Shown: positions 25,122 to 38,561 of the stretch, in pieces
Position numbering within the stretch: position 1 is the first letter of the stretch
Layout: each line of letters begins with the position of its first letter
Assembly (NCBI RefSeq): GCF_035084215.1
Contig: NC_090349.1
Coordinates: 9,982,001 to 10,046,000 of the forward strand
Direction: 5' to 3'
Origin: Heptranchias perlo
Lineage: Eukaryota
DNA length: 64,000 nt
Made by a program: the position numbers and the translations under genes
Notes under the pieces: model-generated
The model's input: only the letters and a program-made list of their open reading frames with translations
Told to the model about the DNA's origin: nothing
The model's database searches: none

Positions 25122-28100
25122 CATAGGAACATAGGAACAGGAGTAGGCCGTTCAGCCCCTCGAGCATGTTCCATCATTCAATCAGATCATGGCTGATCTA
25201 TATCTTAACTGCACCTATCTGCCTAAAATTTACAATTCAAATAGTACAAATAGTTGTTCAAGAAAAAGTGAAAGGGAAAAGCGTAGAGCAGCAGAAAGAG
25301 AATGTACTTTAGGCACTACATATAAAGTGAAAACGAGAAGGTGTAAAAAGGTTAAACCAGCATCAAAGCTGAAGGACAGTGTTCTATATACAAACGCACG
25401 GAGTATAAGGAATAAATTAAATGAACTACAGGCACAAATTCAAATTGGAGGGTATGATATGATAGCTGTTACTGAGACATGGCTGCAGGATGGCCAGGAT
25501 TGGGAACTAAATATACCAGGTCATAAGGTCTACAGGAGAGTTAGGGGAAATGGGAAGAGGGGAAAGAGTAGCCTTAGTGATTAGAGATGAAATCACTTCA
25601 ATGATAAAGAAGGAGAAACGAGAGGTAAGCAGCCAACAGAGACCTAATGGGTTGAAATGAGAAATAGGAAAGGATCTAAGACTATAGTGGGAGTTATGTA
25701 GAGGACCCTTGGCAGCAACTCTGAAATGCTAGATTGTATAAATGCAGAGATTAGACAAGCATGTAACAAAGGCATAGTGGTCTTAATGGAGGACTTTAAC
25801 CTTCACATAGATTGGGAAAAGCAGACTAGCAACTGTCAGAAAGGTAGTGAGTTTCTTGAGAGTGTCCGGGATAGTTTTCTACAGCAGTATATCCTGGAGG
25901 CAACAAGGGGGCAAGCCATACTAGATTTAGTAATGAGTAATGAACCGGATTTAGTTAACAGCTTAACTGTGCGTGAACACCTATCCAATAATGATCATAA
26001 CATGATCGAGTTCAAGGTAGCGTTTGAAAGGAAAAAAAGGTGAATCAGCTGCTAAGAATCTAGACTTGGGTATGGACGACTTCAATGGGATCAGACAGAG
26101 ACTGTCCACAGTAAACTGGGCAAATCTGTTAATGGGCAAAACGACCGATGATCATTGGGAAATGTTTAAAGAAACTTTTAACGTGATACAGAATTGGTTT
26201 ATACACCTGAGGGACAAGAACTCTGCTTGCCAAAAAAAAAAAACCAGCCATGGACAACTAAAGAGGTAAGGGACAGTATAAGACATAAGGAAAGGGCATA
26301 CACAAAGGCAAAACATGGCACAGATCCTGGCGAATGGGAAAGATACAAAGATCAACAAAGGGTCACAAAACAGATAGTAAGAGCTACAAAAAGAGAGTAT
26401 GAAAAGAAACTTGCAAGGGATATCAAAACCAATACGAAGAACTTTTATAGTTATATTAGGAAAAAGAGGGTGGTCAGGAGCAGTGTTGGCCCCTTAAAAA
26501 CTGAAAGTGGGGATATTGTCATTGACAATGGGGAAATGGTGGACATGTTGAATAATTACTTTGCGTCAGTATTTAGAGCAGAAAAAGAGGATAGCATGCC
26601 AGAAATCCCAAGAAAACTAATATTGAATCAGGGCAGGGACTCAATAAAATTAACATAAGTAAAACAACAGTAATGAAGAAAATAATAGCACTAAAGAGTG
26701 ACAAATCCCCAGGACCAGATGGTTTCCATCCCAGGGTTTTAAAGGAAGTAGGTGAGCAGATTGCAGATGCCCTAACTATAATCTTTCAAAGTTCTCTAGA
26801 TTCAGGAACCATCCCTCTAGATTGGAAAATTGCACATGTCACTCTGCTTTTTAAGAAAGGAGAGAGAGAAGCCAGTTAGCCTAACATCCGTTGTGGGGAA
26901 AATGCTGGAGTCTATAATTAAGGATAGGGTGACTGAACACCTCGAAAATTTTCAGTTAATCAGCGAGAGCCAGCATGGATTTGCGAAAGGTAGGGCGTGC
27001 CTGACAAACCTGATTGAATTTTTGGAAGAAGTGACTAAAGTAGTGGACAGGGGAATGTCAATGGATGTTATTTATATGGACTTCCAGAAGGCATTTGATA
27101 AAATCCCACATAAGAGACTGTTAGCTAGATAGAAGACCATGGAATCGAGGGAAAAGTACGGATTCGGTAAGGAAGTTGGCTGAGCGAAAGGTGACAGAGA
27201 GTAGGGATAATGGGTAGGTACTCACATTGGCAGGATGTGACTAGTGCAGTCCCGCAGGGATCTGCCTTGGGGCCTCAATTATTCACAATATTTATTAACG
27301 ACTTAGATGAAGGCATAGAAAGTCTCATATCTAAGTTTGCTGATGACACAAAGATTGGTGGCATTAAAAGCAGTGTAGATGAAAACATAAAATTACAAAG
27401 TGATATTGATAGATTAGGTGAATGGGCAAAACTGTGACAAATGGAATTCAATGTAGGCAAATGTGAGGTCATCCACTTTGGATCAAAAAAGGGTAGAACA
27501 GGGTACTTTCTAAATGGTAAAAAGTTAAAAACAGTGGATGTCCAAAGGGACTTAGGGGTTCAGGTACATAGATCATTGGAGTGTCATGAACAGGTGCAGA
27601 AAATAATCAATAAGGCTAATGGAATGCTGGCCTTTACATCTAGAGGACTAGAGTACAAGGGAGCAGAAGTTATGCTGCAGCTATACAAAACCCTGGTTAG
27701 ACCGCACCTGGAGTGCAGTGAGCAGTTCTGGGCACTGCACCTTCGGAAGGACATATTGGCCTTGGAGGGAGTGCAACATAGGTTTACTAGAATGATACCC
27801 GGACTTCAAGGGTTAAGTTACGTGGAGCAATTACACAATTGGGGTTGTATTCTCTAGAGTTTCGAAGGTTAAGGGGTGATCTGATCGAAGTTTATAAGAT
27901 ATTAAGGGGAACAGATAGGGTGGATAGAGAGAAACTATTTCCGCTGGTTGGGGATTTTAGGAGTAGGGGCCACAGTCTAAAAATTAGAGCCAGACCTTTC
28001 AGGAGTGAGATTAGAAAACATTTCTACACACAAAGTGTGGTAGAAGTTTGGAACTCTCTTCCGCAGACGGCAATTGATGCTAGCTCAATTGCTAATTTTA

Positions 28101-29118
28101 AATCTGATAGATAGCGTTTTGCCAACCAAAGGTATTAAGGGATATGGGCTAAAGGCAGGTATATAGAGCTAGATCACAGATCACTAGATCACAGCCATGA
28201 TCTTATCAAATGGCGGAGCGGGCTCGAGGGGCTGAACGGCCTGCTCCTGTTCCTATGTTCCTATGCTTTCATTCCGTAATACTTAGCTAACAAAAATCTA
28301 TCAATCTCTGTTTTGAAATTTTTAATTGACCTCACCTCAACAGCTGTTTGGGAGAGAGAGTTCCAGATTTACATTAGCCTTCGTGTAAAGAAATGCATTC
28401 TGACATCACCCGAACTGCATAGCTCTAATTTTACGGCTATGCCCCCTTGTTCTGTACTCTCCCATCAAAGGAAATAGTTTCTCTATATCTACCCTATCAA
28501 ATACTTTAATCATCTTAAACACCTCAATTAAATCCCCCCTTAATCTTCTGTATTCAAGGGAATACATGCCTAGTCTATGCAACCTATCTTCATAATGTAA
28601 CCGTTTTAGCTCCAGTATAATTCTGGTGAACCCTGTGCTGTATTCCCTCCAAAGCCAACATATCCTTCCTCGGATATGGTGCTTTTAGTGATTTATGCAC
28701 TTGGACCCCTAAATCTTTATGCTCATCCACAGTTCCTAACTTCTCGCCATTTAGAAAATACTCTTATCTATCTTTCTGAGATCCAAAGTGGATGACCTCA
28801 CGCTTGCTCATAGTGAACTCCATCTGCCACAGTTTTGCTCATTCACTTAATTTAGCAATGTCCCTTTGCAACTTTCTGCTCTTCTCGCTAATATGTACTG
28901 TGCCACCAAACTTAGCATCGTCAGCAAACTTATATATAGGGCTCTCTATACCTTTATCCAAGTCATTTATACATATAATGAAAAGCAATGGACCAAGTAC
29001 AGATCCATGGGGGACACCATTAGTCACATTCTGCCAATTTGAGTACATCCCTACTCTTTGTCTCCTATCTCCTAACCAATTCCTTATCCAAGCCAATAAG
29101 TTGACTTCAATTCTATGC
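25122..29118 (-). mobile_element. CR1 (-) fragment (25122-25222 and 28265-29118) interrupted by a younger CR1
   Basis: Tail ataggaacataggaac at 25122; continues at 28265; RT motifs GVPHGSVLGPLLF and KFADDAK at 28839-29120. Confidence 0.8.
25223..28264 (+). mobile_element. CR1 LINE, near-complete ORF2 (APE and RT), frameshifted
   Basis: YTNARSIRNK...IAVTETWL, KSPGPDGFHPRVL, QHGFAKGRACLTN, VPQGSALGP, KFADDTK; tail cctatgttcctatg. Confidence 0.95.
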
Positions 29119-29579
29119 ACTCTCGCTGACTTAAACTGGCTGCAGGTCCTCGGTATTAAAAATCACATCCTCATGTTCAAATTCCTTCATTGCCAAACCC
29201 TTCCATATTTCTTAACCTCCTCCAGCCATACAACCCTGCAAGAACTCTAAGTTCCTCCAACTCTGGCCTCTTGTGCCCCTCCTTCGCCCCACAATGGCAG
29301 CGGTGCCATCTCCGGAGTCTAGGCCCTAAACTCTGAAATTCCCTCCTCGAACGTCTTCGTCTCTCCACCTCTCTCTTTTCCTTTAACACACTGCTTATTA
29401 CCTACCTATTTGACCAAGTGTTTGCTTACTTTGGCTTGCTGTCAATTTTTGTCTGCTTACGCTCCCGTCAAGCTCATCGGGACGTTTCCTACATTAAAGA
29501 TGCTATTTAAATGTAAGTTCTTGTTGTTATTGATGTTATTCTATAGCTACAGAGAACATAAGTGAACGTAGCAGTGACC

Positions 29580-29790
29580 CCCTGAGGGAAAATCACTCCC
29601 AACCCTTCTCCAGTCGAAGCAACATGCACTTACCCCAACTCTTCGTTTCCTATCCTCAACCAACTTTCGATCCATGCTGCTACATTTCCTCTTATACCAT
29701 ACGCCTACATTTTCTAAAAAGCCTCTTGTGCGATACCTTATTTGATACCTTCTGGAAATCCACACAGAATACATCCACTGCATTCTCTAT
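29580..29790 (-). mobile_element. Old CR1-like RT fragment
   Basis: gcagtggatgtattctgtgtggatttccagaagg (AVDVFCVDFQK) on the - strand. Confidence 0.6.
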
Positions 29791-30829
29791 ATCTCTATAA
29801 TCTGTGGAACGGATCCATTTTTGATATGCGGGTATATTGCATTGCAAAAGAGCAGCGAAGTATAAAGCAGATATGTTTTAGCACCACTAGTGAGTCATGG
29901 GAACGACTTGATACTGACACACCGAAAACCTCTTGAAGGAGGGCGAACTAATCAGATGAATTCCATCCTATTGCCATTGGGTCGAGCTAGATAGAGACAG
30001 AACAAATTTTCTGTCTAGAAGTATACATGAATTCATGATGAACTGTATAAATTCAGAGCTGGGACTGGGGTAAAATTAACTGCTACCCTGCTGTTGCATG
30101 TCAAACTTCCAGAAAGTGGCATTTGTCTTAGACTTCCATGCAATGTTAATATGTTAATTAAGCCATGGAGGCATTGTCTGGGAGACGTGAACAATATCGT
30201 ACTGTGGATCATTCAAGTGGGCGATCAGAGCAAATATGAAACCATAATTTATGCATTTCTCATGTCTAACCTGAATTCACAGCATTCAAAGTAGTTCAAA
30301 CGCGAGTGGGCCAGCTTGAGAGCTTTAGAAAGAACCAAGTAAGCGTGGGAACTCAAATGGTCCTGGTTGAAATGGAACTGAAAGCGACTGTTGGAGCATG
30401 TTACAGACTGTTGGTAAAGATACTTTCATTATATCCATCGCTGCCAGGAGGATAGGGAAGTGCTGGGAGATCGGATTATTTGCGGCAATCTTTATACATA
30501 CGCGTGTAGTGGTCTATATGTGTGGTGCCTGCTTAATTTCTGTAAATAAATCTAATTGGTTAATCCAGGTTGCTGCTTCTGGTTTGTATCTGATACAAGA
30601 TTTACTTGTGGACAGTTGCAAGAGGGAACAGCTCATTAAAATGCCCTAAAATTACACCGCACGGGTGGAAGGGAGCTGTGACAGGTTTTCGTTCCGTCAC
30701 ACCAGGGTAAAGAAAATATAAAGGAAAGGCAGCTTTATCAAATTTACTGTACTTCGACAAGCCTTGACTGGAGAGATCCAAAGGCCTTTTGCTGCCCTTC
30801 TTTAGTAATATATTTTATTAGTTAATCAT

Positions 30830-31960
30830 ACCTTAGACAGTGAGGCGTGAAATGTACGTCGTGAGCACAAGGGAGCCTTATTAAACTTCAACTTTACAAT
30901 TCCCTTTAGCCTCAGGACAGTGGTTTTAAACCTACAATGTTTTATCCACTGTGACCCCCAGGTCCCTCTCGTGCTCCACCATCTTGAGTGGGCATCGCTG
31001 CGTGATATTAACACGTCTGGGATTAACCAGGCCCAAATACGTCACACTGCATTTATACATATTGAAGGACATCTGCTCACACAGGACCATTCCCTCAAAA
31101 TATTTAAATCAGCTTATGTGTTTGATCTATGCTCCTAACATCAACACACATGTTTGTGTCATCAGCAAACTTGAGGATTGTTCCTTTAATACCTTTATGC
31201 ATTTATGAAGATGCTGAAGAATAATGGAGCCAGCACGGATCCCCGTGGGACCCCACTTGTGAAATGAGGAGCTACTTCCATTAATTACCGTGCTTTGCCT
31301 ATGAGAATGCAATCAATTCTTTATTCACCTGTAAACCCGTCCACCAGTCTCACAGCACGAGACCTTACATAGGTAATGCATCGTTTCATTGAAGGCTTTT
31401 TGGAGATGAAGATATACATTATCAACGGGGCTACAATCATTCATTTACCTGGTGAATTTTACAGAGAATTGAACTAGGGTAGTGAGACAACACCTCAGTT
31501 TTTAAAAGCCACGCTGCGATTCTTTAATTATTGCCGATCTCTCCAGGTGACTACACAATATATCCCTAATGATGCCTTCCAACATCTCACCTACAACTCA
31601 CATCGAAGTAACTGACCTATAATCGTCAGGGTTTGGTTTACGCCTCTTCTTAATATTGGGACCATAGGCTGGGCCTCTCTCCACTCCGTAGGAACGATCC
31701 CAGCCCTCAACTAGATACAAAATATATTAGGCAGTGGCTGACATAATACACCACCCATTTCGTTCAATACATTTGGTTAAAGTCATCAGGTCCAGCAGCC
31801 CGATCAGCCGTAAGAGCTTTAATTCTGGCCAATATAATTTCTGCATTAACTTCCGCGAAATCAATTTTGGGAGCACTGCTATCCATCAAAACTGGCATGT
31901 TAACATCACCTTCAGTAATAAAAGCAAAGGCAAGGCATCTCAGCCATATCATGGTCTGAA
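30830..31960 (-). mobile_element. Old, degenerate CR1-like RT fragment
   Basis: KALTADRAAGPDDF; ggggtcccacggggatccgtgctgg (GVPRGSVL); aagtttgctgatgacaca (KFADDT). Confidence 0.7.
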
Positions 31961-32059
31961 GTCCTAAATGCAGGATGGTGTATACAATAACTGGAAAAAT
32001 AGTTTAATAATACAGGTTAGTAAAGATATCTTTGCACTATGAGCATGTATTCTGTGTGA

Positions 32060-32460
32060 TCGAGGCTAACACATTGTATGGATAATATCGTTAGGATTCC
32101 GCAGGGGGCTGATAAGTAAGCAGGAGGCATCAATCAAATGCAACTTAAGAAACATCAAAGGGTTTGTGTAAGAATTATAGTTAATTTGGAGCCCACTTCG
32201 CTACGTTTCAGCTTTTAAGGCGTGAAGTTAATAACCATGAAAATTTGTCTTATTATTTACATAAGCAAAGTCACATTCCAGAGAGAATGGAGTGCATGTG
32301 GTGCGACATTTTTTTTATTCGTTCATGGAATGTGGGGGTCGTTGCCCATCCTTAATTGCCCTTGAGAAGGTGGTAGTGAGCCGCCTTCTTGAACCGCTGC
32401 AGTCCGTGTGGTGAAGTAGCATATGACACATAAAGATGACATGACAATAATCTCAAAATT
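32060..32460. repeat. Isolated piece of the V-upstream duplication block, carrying a LINE 3' tail (32312-32416)
   Basis: caggagg...catcaaagggttt.tgtaa.gaatta matches 17290-17580, 39260-39600 and 52710-52980. Confidence 0.7.
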
Positions 32461-32819
32461 GATAGATTAAGAGCAAATCATCTTACGTTGGGCATCTAGG
32501 TGTATCATTAAGTCCGCTTTCAGTATTTCTTTGGTATTCCATGCTGAGAACTCGCCTGGATTGGTTAATAGTTCGTAGACCAGATGAACATCCCACAATA
32601 AGTGCATCGACGTCTACCTTGCTTGGATCTTCTGTAGATCTTAATTAAACCAATAAGTTGATTTATCTCTGGCGTCCAAATCTATATAATTTGGATTAAT
32701 GTACTCATTGATCTAACACTAAACTGTCCCACCAAATCACTCGGATGATCTGTGCAGTCCTCAGTCACTGTCTGGTGTTTAAGATAATTGAAAAAACGTT
32801 TCAATTCCTACTGCATCTA

Positions 32820-33130
32820 TTGTTTCCACTTGTGGGGGCCCAAAACTAGGGGACTTACATATAAGATAGTCACTAATAGATCGAATAAGGAATTTAAGAG
32901 AAACTTATTTACCCAGAGAGTGGTTAGAATGTGGAACTTTCTGCCACATAGAGTAGTTGGGGTGAATAGCATAGATGCATTTAAGATGAAGCTAGATAAG
33001 TACAAGAGGAAGAAAGGAATAGAAAGACATGTTGACAGAATTAGATGAAGTAGGGTGGGAAGAGGCTCGTGTGGAGCAAAAAAGCGGCCCAGACCAGTTG
33101 GGCCGAATGACCTGTTTCTGTGCTGTAAAT
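32820..33130 (+). mobile_element. CR1 3' fragment
   Basis: KTRGLTYKIVTNRSNKEFKRNLFTQRVVRMWN followed by 3' UTR. Confidence 0.8.
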
Positions 33131-33716
33131 GTTACGTACTTCTATTCCAACTCCTCTTTTCACTGCTATTTTGGCTCTCTAATGTTGTCTTTAGTTAACC
33201 TCAACTTTATCATACCTGTCCCTAATCTCTTGACATTTATCCTCTTTATCCTTGGTGAAATATTCATTTTTGAGTTGAATTTGTGGAAGAACCTCTCTCT
33301 ATAGCCGTGTTGATTTCATTTTATCATCTGTCCTCGCGTTTATCATGACGGTTTCCCTGATCAACAAGTTAAAAGAGCACTGCCTAGGGTTAACAAAAAG
33401 ATGAACTTGGACTCCCAATCCCACACGCCGCAGACTCCCTTTTAGATGAAACGTTGATCTTTCCTATACAGAAACTACAGTGAAAGACCAACACAGATAG
33501 AGCGACAGTCATGATTTTCAGTTGCTCTCACTAATTTAAGGATCGTCTCGCAACCTCGCTGATTTAATTTAATCTCTGAATTATACACGAGATTGACTGT
33601 GCAAACTTGTGTTACTATATTTTCATCATTTTGCTTCATAAATGTGGAAAAATCCAACCTTTTGACTGAGGAAATCACACAAGGGGCGAGAGCTGGAATT
33701 GTGCTCACCACTTGTT

Positions 33717-33862
33717 GGAGGTAAATTTGTCTTTGGACGACAATGTAAAACGGGCGATGTCGGGTCAGCAGCCCGTCTCTCCCGATTTTCACTTGGAAAT
33801 GAAACGGGCTGCTGATCCGATATCACCTGCTTTACACTGTCACCCAAAGTAAAAATTACCCC
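33717..33862. mobile_element. Palindromic MITE, about 145 bp
   Basis: Arms of about 59 bp (33717-33776 and 33804-33862) are imperfect reverse complements. Confidence 0.8.
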
Positions 33863-36800
33863 GGTTTATTTTTAAAACGTTATTGTTACGTCAACAATCT
33901 AAAAAAATGAGTAAGATTCCTAAGTATCAAGTGCCGAAAGTAAATGTTCAATTTTCCATTTATATGTTGGCTGAGGAAACCACCCAATAAAGCACCTGAA
34001 TTTTTAATTTGGCAGCAAAAATTCGGCGCTTCGAAGTTCCGTTTCTACGGACTTACCCCAGTCTCCCGCGGAAACCCTTGACAAATATTGGAAGATTTCA
34101 AACTCTCACTGTAATCTTGGAGATAACTTACTATTCTTCTATACTATTATTCCATTTAACCCAGAAATTGCTGGGTTGTAATAATGAAATCAAGTCTGTT
34201 GTTGTGCTTGTGGTGATTAACTTCTGTAGATCAATGCAAAATATAAGCCTCCTCATTGGAGCTAGAACACTGCCAATGGCTGATAAGATTTTACTGTGCG
34301 AGAAATTAAAACAAAGAAAGACTAGCATCTGACATGCAATAGATATTTGAGATCCAGTCAAGCTCAAACTCCAAATCCGGTTCACTCATCTTTAGTTTAG
34401 CTGATGATTTCTGCATGCTTCTTGTGAGATTCCTGTGATTATCCACGATTTTATACATCCTGTGGAATTGTGATCCACTTCACTATTGCCTACACATTGG
34501 CAGCTCCCATTTGGAGCGGCCACATAATAATGTAGGAAACGATTAAAGGAGAATGAGCTGTTCATCAAGCCAACTCCTTCCAATGGGACGAACACAACTT
34601 TACAGATCCTCCACAATCCTCCACAATGTATTCATGTTCAGTCAATAACCACAAGCAATACTGCTCATGGGAGAATTCTGTACATTTCTTTCTTTAAAAA
34701 TTCCAGGATGTCATGCACAGAATCTATATTATGCAATGTTGACTGGTTGTATTCCCAGGTTCTTAACAGATTTGGAACCCTAATGCTATGAATTATATTT
34801 CACCTGTTTCTATATTATCCCTATAACATTCAATACCATTCATAAATATCAGCCGATTTTTAAATTGAATTAATTAACATAATTAACGTTATGGTAGGGG
34901 TCTATTTCACAAAAGTGTAAGAACTATTTTTATATTGTCATCACTTGCCACTGTCTTCTGCCTTGCACACAATGCTAAATCCTGCCCAAGCCAATAGACT
35001 TATTACTAAATATTCTATATCTCCCTTAGCTCTGTTTATTGTCCATTCATTCCTGCCCTGGCCGAATTTGATGATAATGTTGCCACTAGGAATCCCCATA
35101 CTATTGTGTCTCATTGCAAACTATCCATTCTACAACAATAAATATTAGTTATACCTACTGGGATGTTTGGAGTTTACCAATTCTAATTTGAAGATCTGCT
35201 GATTTACATTCGAATTTATAGAACGTTCTTTTATTAATATTTGTAATAACTAATACTGGTTACCCTGCAGAAAATATAATTATTGCTGTGACTTATACTT
35301 AAAACCTATAATTCATAGTGGTCACAATCATGTCTTCATCATGTAGAAATCGGTGCACTTCGTAGTCTCTGAACAAGTGGTGCATTTTCCAACAGAATTA
35401 GATTTTAATTAAAATCTACAATATTTTTTAGGGTGTCACATTTTCAAAGAATGTTAATGAGGCATTTCTGTGTACGGGTGATTCCTGCAATTCAGTACTT
35501 CATTCGGAAATGTGATCCATTGATCAGTGAAACATATGATTTGTAACCATCGAGAGAGGCCACATAAGAAGAACACAGTACGCAGGCCTTAGTCTGAATG
35601 GTTTCTAGTGAGAAATAAAGTATGGTATATATTTAGACTTATAAAGAAATGCAGTCATTCTGTGCAAAATAATGTTGCCAGTGGAATCTGCACAAAACCC
35701 TTCGATTTATAACACAACCCATTATTTAAAGTATTTAATTTCCAAACATTGTTAACAAAAAAGCAGAATACAAGCTGGAACAAAGTTTTGGTTAACTATA
35801 TATATGAGAAGCTTTTCTCAATTCTCTGAAAGTATTCAATCATCAAAACTGTTACTTGAAATTTAGCCAGAAGGAATAAACACAGGCAAAATGTTAAAAA
35901 AATTATTGAAAATGAGAAGCACTGCAACAGGCAACAAAGGAGCCGTGCGACAAGAGAAATGATAGATTAGAAATGGAGGAACAAATGCTATGATATTATC
36001 TGCAAACTGATGAGTTGCTTTGTTTTATAGGTCGGATCCTAAGAATTGTAGCCATTGTGATCCTGAGAGTATTTGATCATCTATGTCTTTATCTTTTACA
36101 GTAGTTTTCAGTCAAAAATATTCTTCCAGCTTTTTTTTAAAAAGTGAATCAACATAACATTGAAAAGTTTTAATGGAACTTTTACTTTTCCGATGGGCAA
36201 AATGTCTTACTTCCGATGGTCGATTGTGTGCTTGTGTCTTCTTACTCTGTTAAATTAAATAACCCACTTCTCAGTGCTTTTCAGATTTTAATGTACTCGA
36301 TCTTGACCACTCTCAAAGTTCTTTGTCCAATGAGGACATATACAGTTCTGTCAACCCATCCGTATAAGATTTTACCCTTTTGATGTAATTTTAAAAAGAG
36401 TACGCACATTGTTGGGCGGAGTAGAATTATGCATCTGCCCATCCTATGCATAAGATGTCAGTGTATGACTGTAGAGTATGGAGAGAGCTTTACCTGCATC
36501 TAATCTGTGCTATACCTGCCAATGCCTTTAGACCCCAAGCGGCAAGTGGTTGATTCCCCTGCACTGATATTCTTAAATTTGATAATCAAAAAAGTTTAGC
36601 AACAGACAGAGGGTTTGAAATTAGGCCATGTTTCAATGTAGCAACAGATGCATATGTCTGAAATTCCGCCCTCCGATATGTTAATGGAAGCGTTAATCAA
36701 AAGTAATTCAGGCAAATGGGCACGGGTTCATGTGCCAGCGTTAGACAGTGACATTTCAAGGCCATAAATACATAAAGATAAAATGCTCCATACAACATTC

Positions 36801-38258
36801 CAGACATAGGCTTACTTACACTTCTAAGGAGCTACACCAGCTGGTTGTAGGTCAGCTCTGTCTGTGCAAGATTCCTGACAGAAGGCATGTGCCATGTCTG
36901 GAGGGGATACTCCTTGTCACCCAGTAGCCAGCCTGTGACCTGACAGACTGGTTGGATTAAAAGCAGCAAAGAGGCCTGGCTCAGGATGAATTAATCATGA
37001 CTGCTGCCTGAAACTGGGAACAGACCTGCATATTGGAGAGCCGATGATCGCAAACAAGTTGGACAGTTTACGATACGCAGTTAAGTTAAATCTGCTCCAC
37101 AGCGACTCTGCTGGTGAGAGAAGGGGCATCTCTTTCCAGTACGCTGAAACGGCAATGATTTCAATCAAAACTGCTTGGCCTCCGACTGTGCACAGGAAAA
37201 GCAGCTAAACTAATATAAACAAAATCCAATACCGGGTTTATTGGCGTATGTTGAGTGGAAGGAACTAACTTTGTGCAACTTGGAAATGTCTTTGAATACT
37301 AACAAGTTGATTGTTCTCAGCACATTTGAAGTTTGATCAATATTGATTGGTATCAATGAGCGTAACATCACATTACCGTGATATAAATATGATTTCTTAC
37401 TGAGATCAGTCTGAACAAAGAAGACTAAAGAGATACAGAGTTTGTGATTAGTGTAAAGGTGAATGTAAAAGGCACGATTCTTTTCTGGGCTGGTTTCAGT
37501 AAAAGGTTTCAGTGAAAGTGTAATTACTTCCGGTCTGAGTTCCTGCCTATAGCACGTGCTTCAGTGTTAAGAATCGCCCAACAGGGATAAAAGGAAACGG
37601 ACGGTATTGCAAAAAAAAAACTTGCAAAAATAGAAAATGCATTGCCCAACTAGTTGGACACCCAAAGAGGAGGCGATAACATTTTGGCCCTAAATTTGTG
37701 TCACCAGATGATCGAGTAAAACTTACACTATGCTCTTTGAATTATTGTCAGAACCACACGGACGCACAGGTTCAGCCGACTCCCTTTAGGGAAAGAATTT
37801 AAAGAAAACTGGTTTTAAAAATATGCTGTACATTTATTCCTCGAAATTCTCAACTGACAGTCATTCACCGTATCTATAATTTTAGTATTCCGATAGATTT
37901 CACTGACTTTACGTAAAATGTGCAGAATGTCACAAAGAATAAAACCTCACTATTTAAACAAGTTTAGAAACTCATTAGGAATTGGTGCAGCGATATCAGA
38001 CAGAAAAGGATAACCTGAGATAATGCAAGAGTCATTTTATTGCACTGCGGTATTTGTAACGTTACACTGAAGGCTTGATCAGTTCAGTGTGAACACACTG
38101 TAACATACAGCCAGCGGGTTCCAGCGGACAAATCGCACATCTGCTGTTGTGATTTGAAACGTTCCACTTAAAATCAAACATGTACAATCTGAAAACCAAA
38201 TTTATTTTTAAAGCAAATGTACAAAAGGTATAACAGATCACGACATAGGCTTCTTGAA

Positions 38259-38561
38259 TCAGATACAGCTGGATCCCGCGATACATGTTTGAGGCGGGTT
38301 CGGCTGAGTCTCGTGTTTAACCACACAGGAGTAAAGCTCGTATGAGTTCCACTCTGAAACTGGAAAAGTCGGATAACCGCTCACAATGAACCCACTGTCC
38401 GTCTCCTGCTGGACCCGACTGGTCTCAACACCATTCCCTCTGACACTGTCATCTACAGTGCACTGAATCTCCACAGCGCCCGAGTTAAAACCCTTCACCA
38501 AACACACCAGCGTCGCAGTGTTCTTTTCCGTGAATTGTTCCGATGAAGGTGGAAGGACGAT
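38259..38561 (-). pseudogene. IGLC: Orphan Ig light-chain C exon pseudogene
   Basis: Acceptor CAG changed to CTG, 20-nt deletion at the exon start (303 vs 323 nt), Trp to Cys; VLPPSSEQFTEKNTATLVCLVKGFNSG...YSCVVKHE...SSCI*; no V/J upstream. Confidence 0.93.

Larger units (their letters stand above)
24553..29530 (+). mobile_element. L2 LINE fragment (24553-25121 and 29119-29530) split by nested CR1 insertions
   Basis: FHMYAEDTQL...IQSWMRRNILQINIRKTE...LDYSNALLAG stops at 25121 and resumes at 29119 (gctgacttaaactggct), ending in the L2 tail; colinear with 1-912. Confidence 0.8.
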
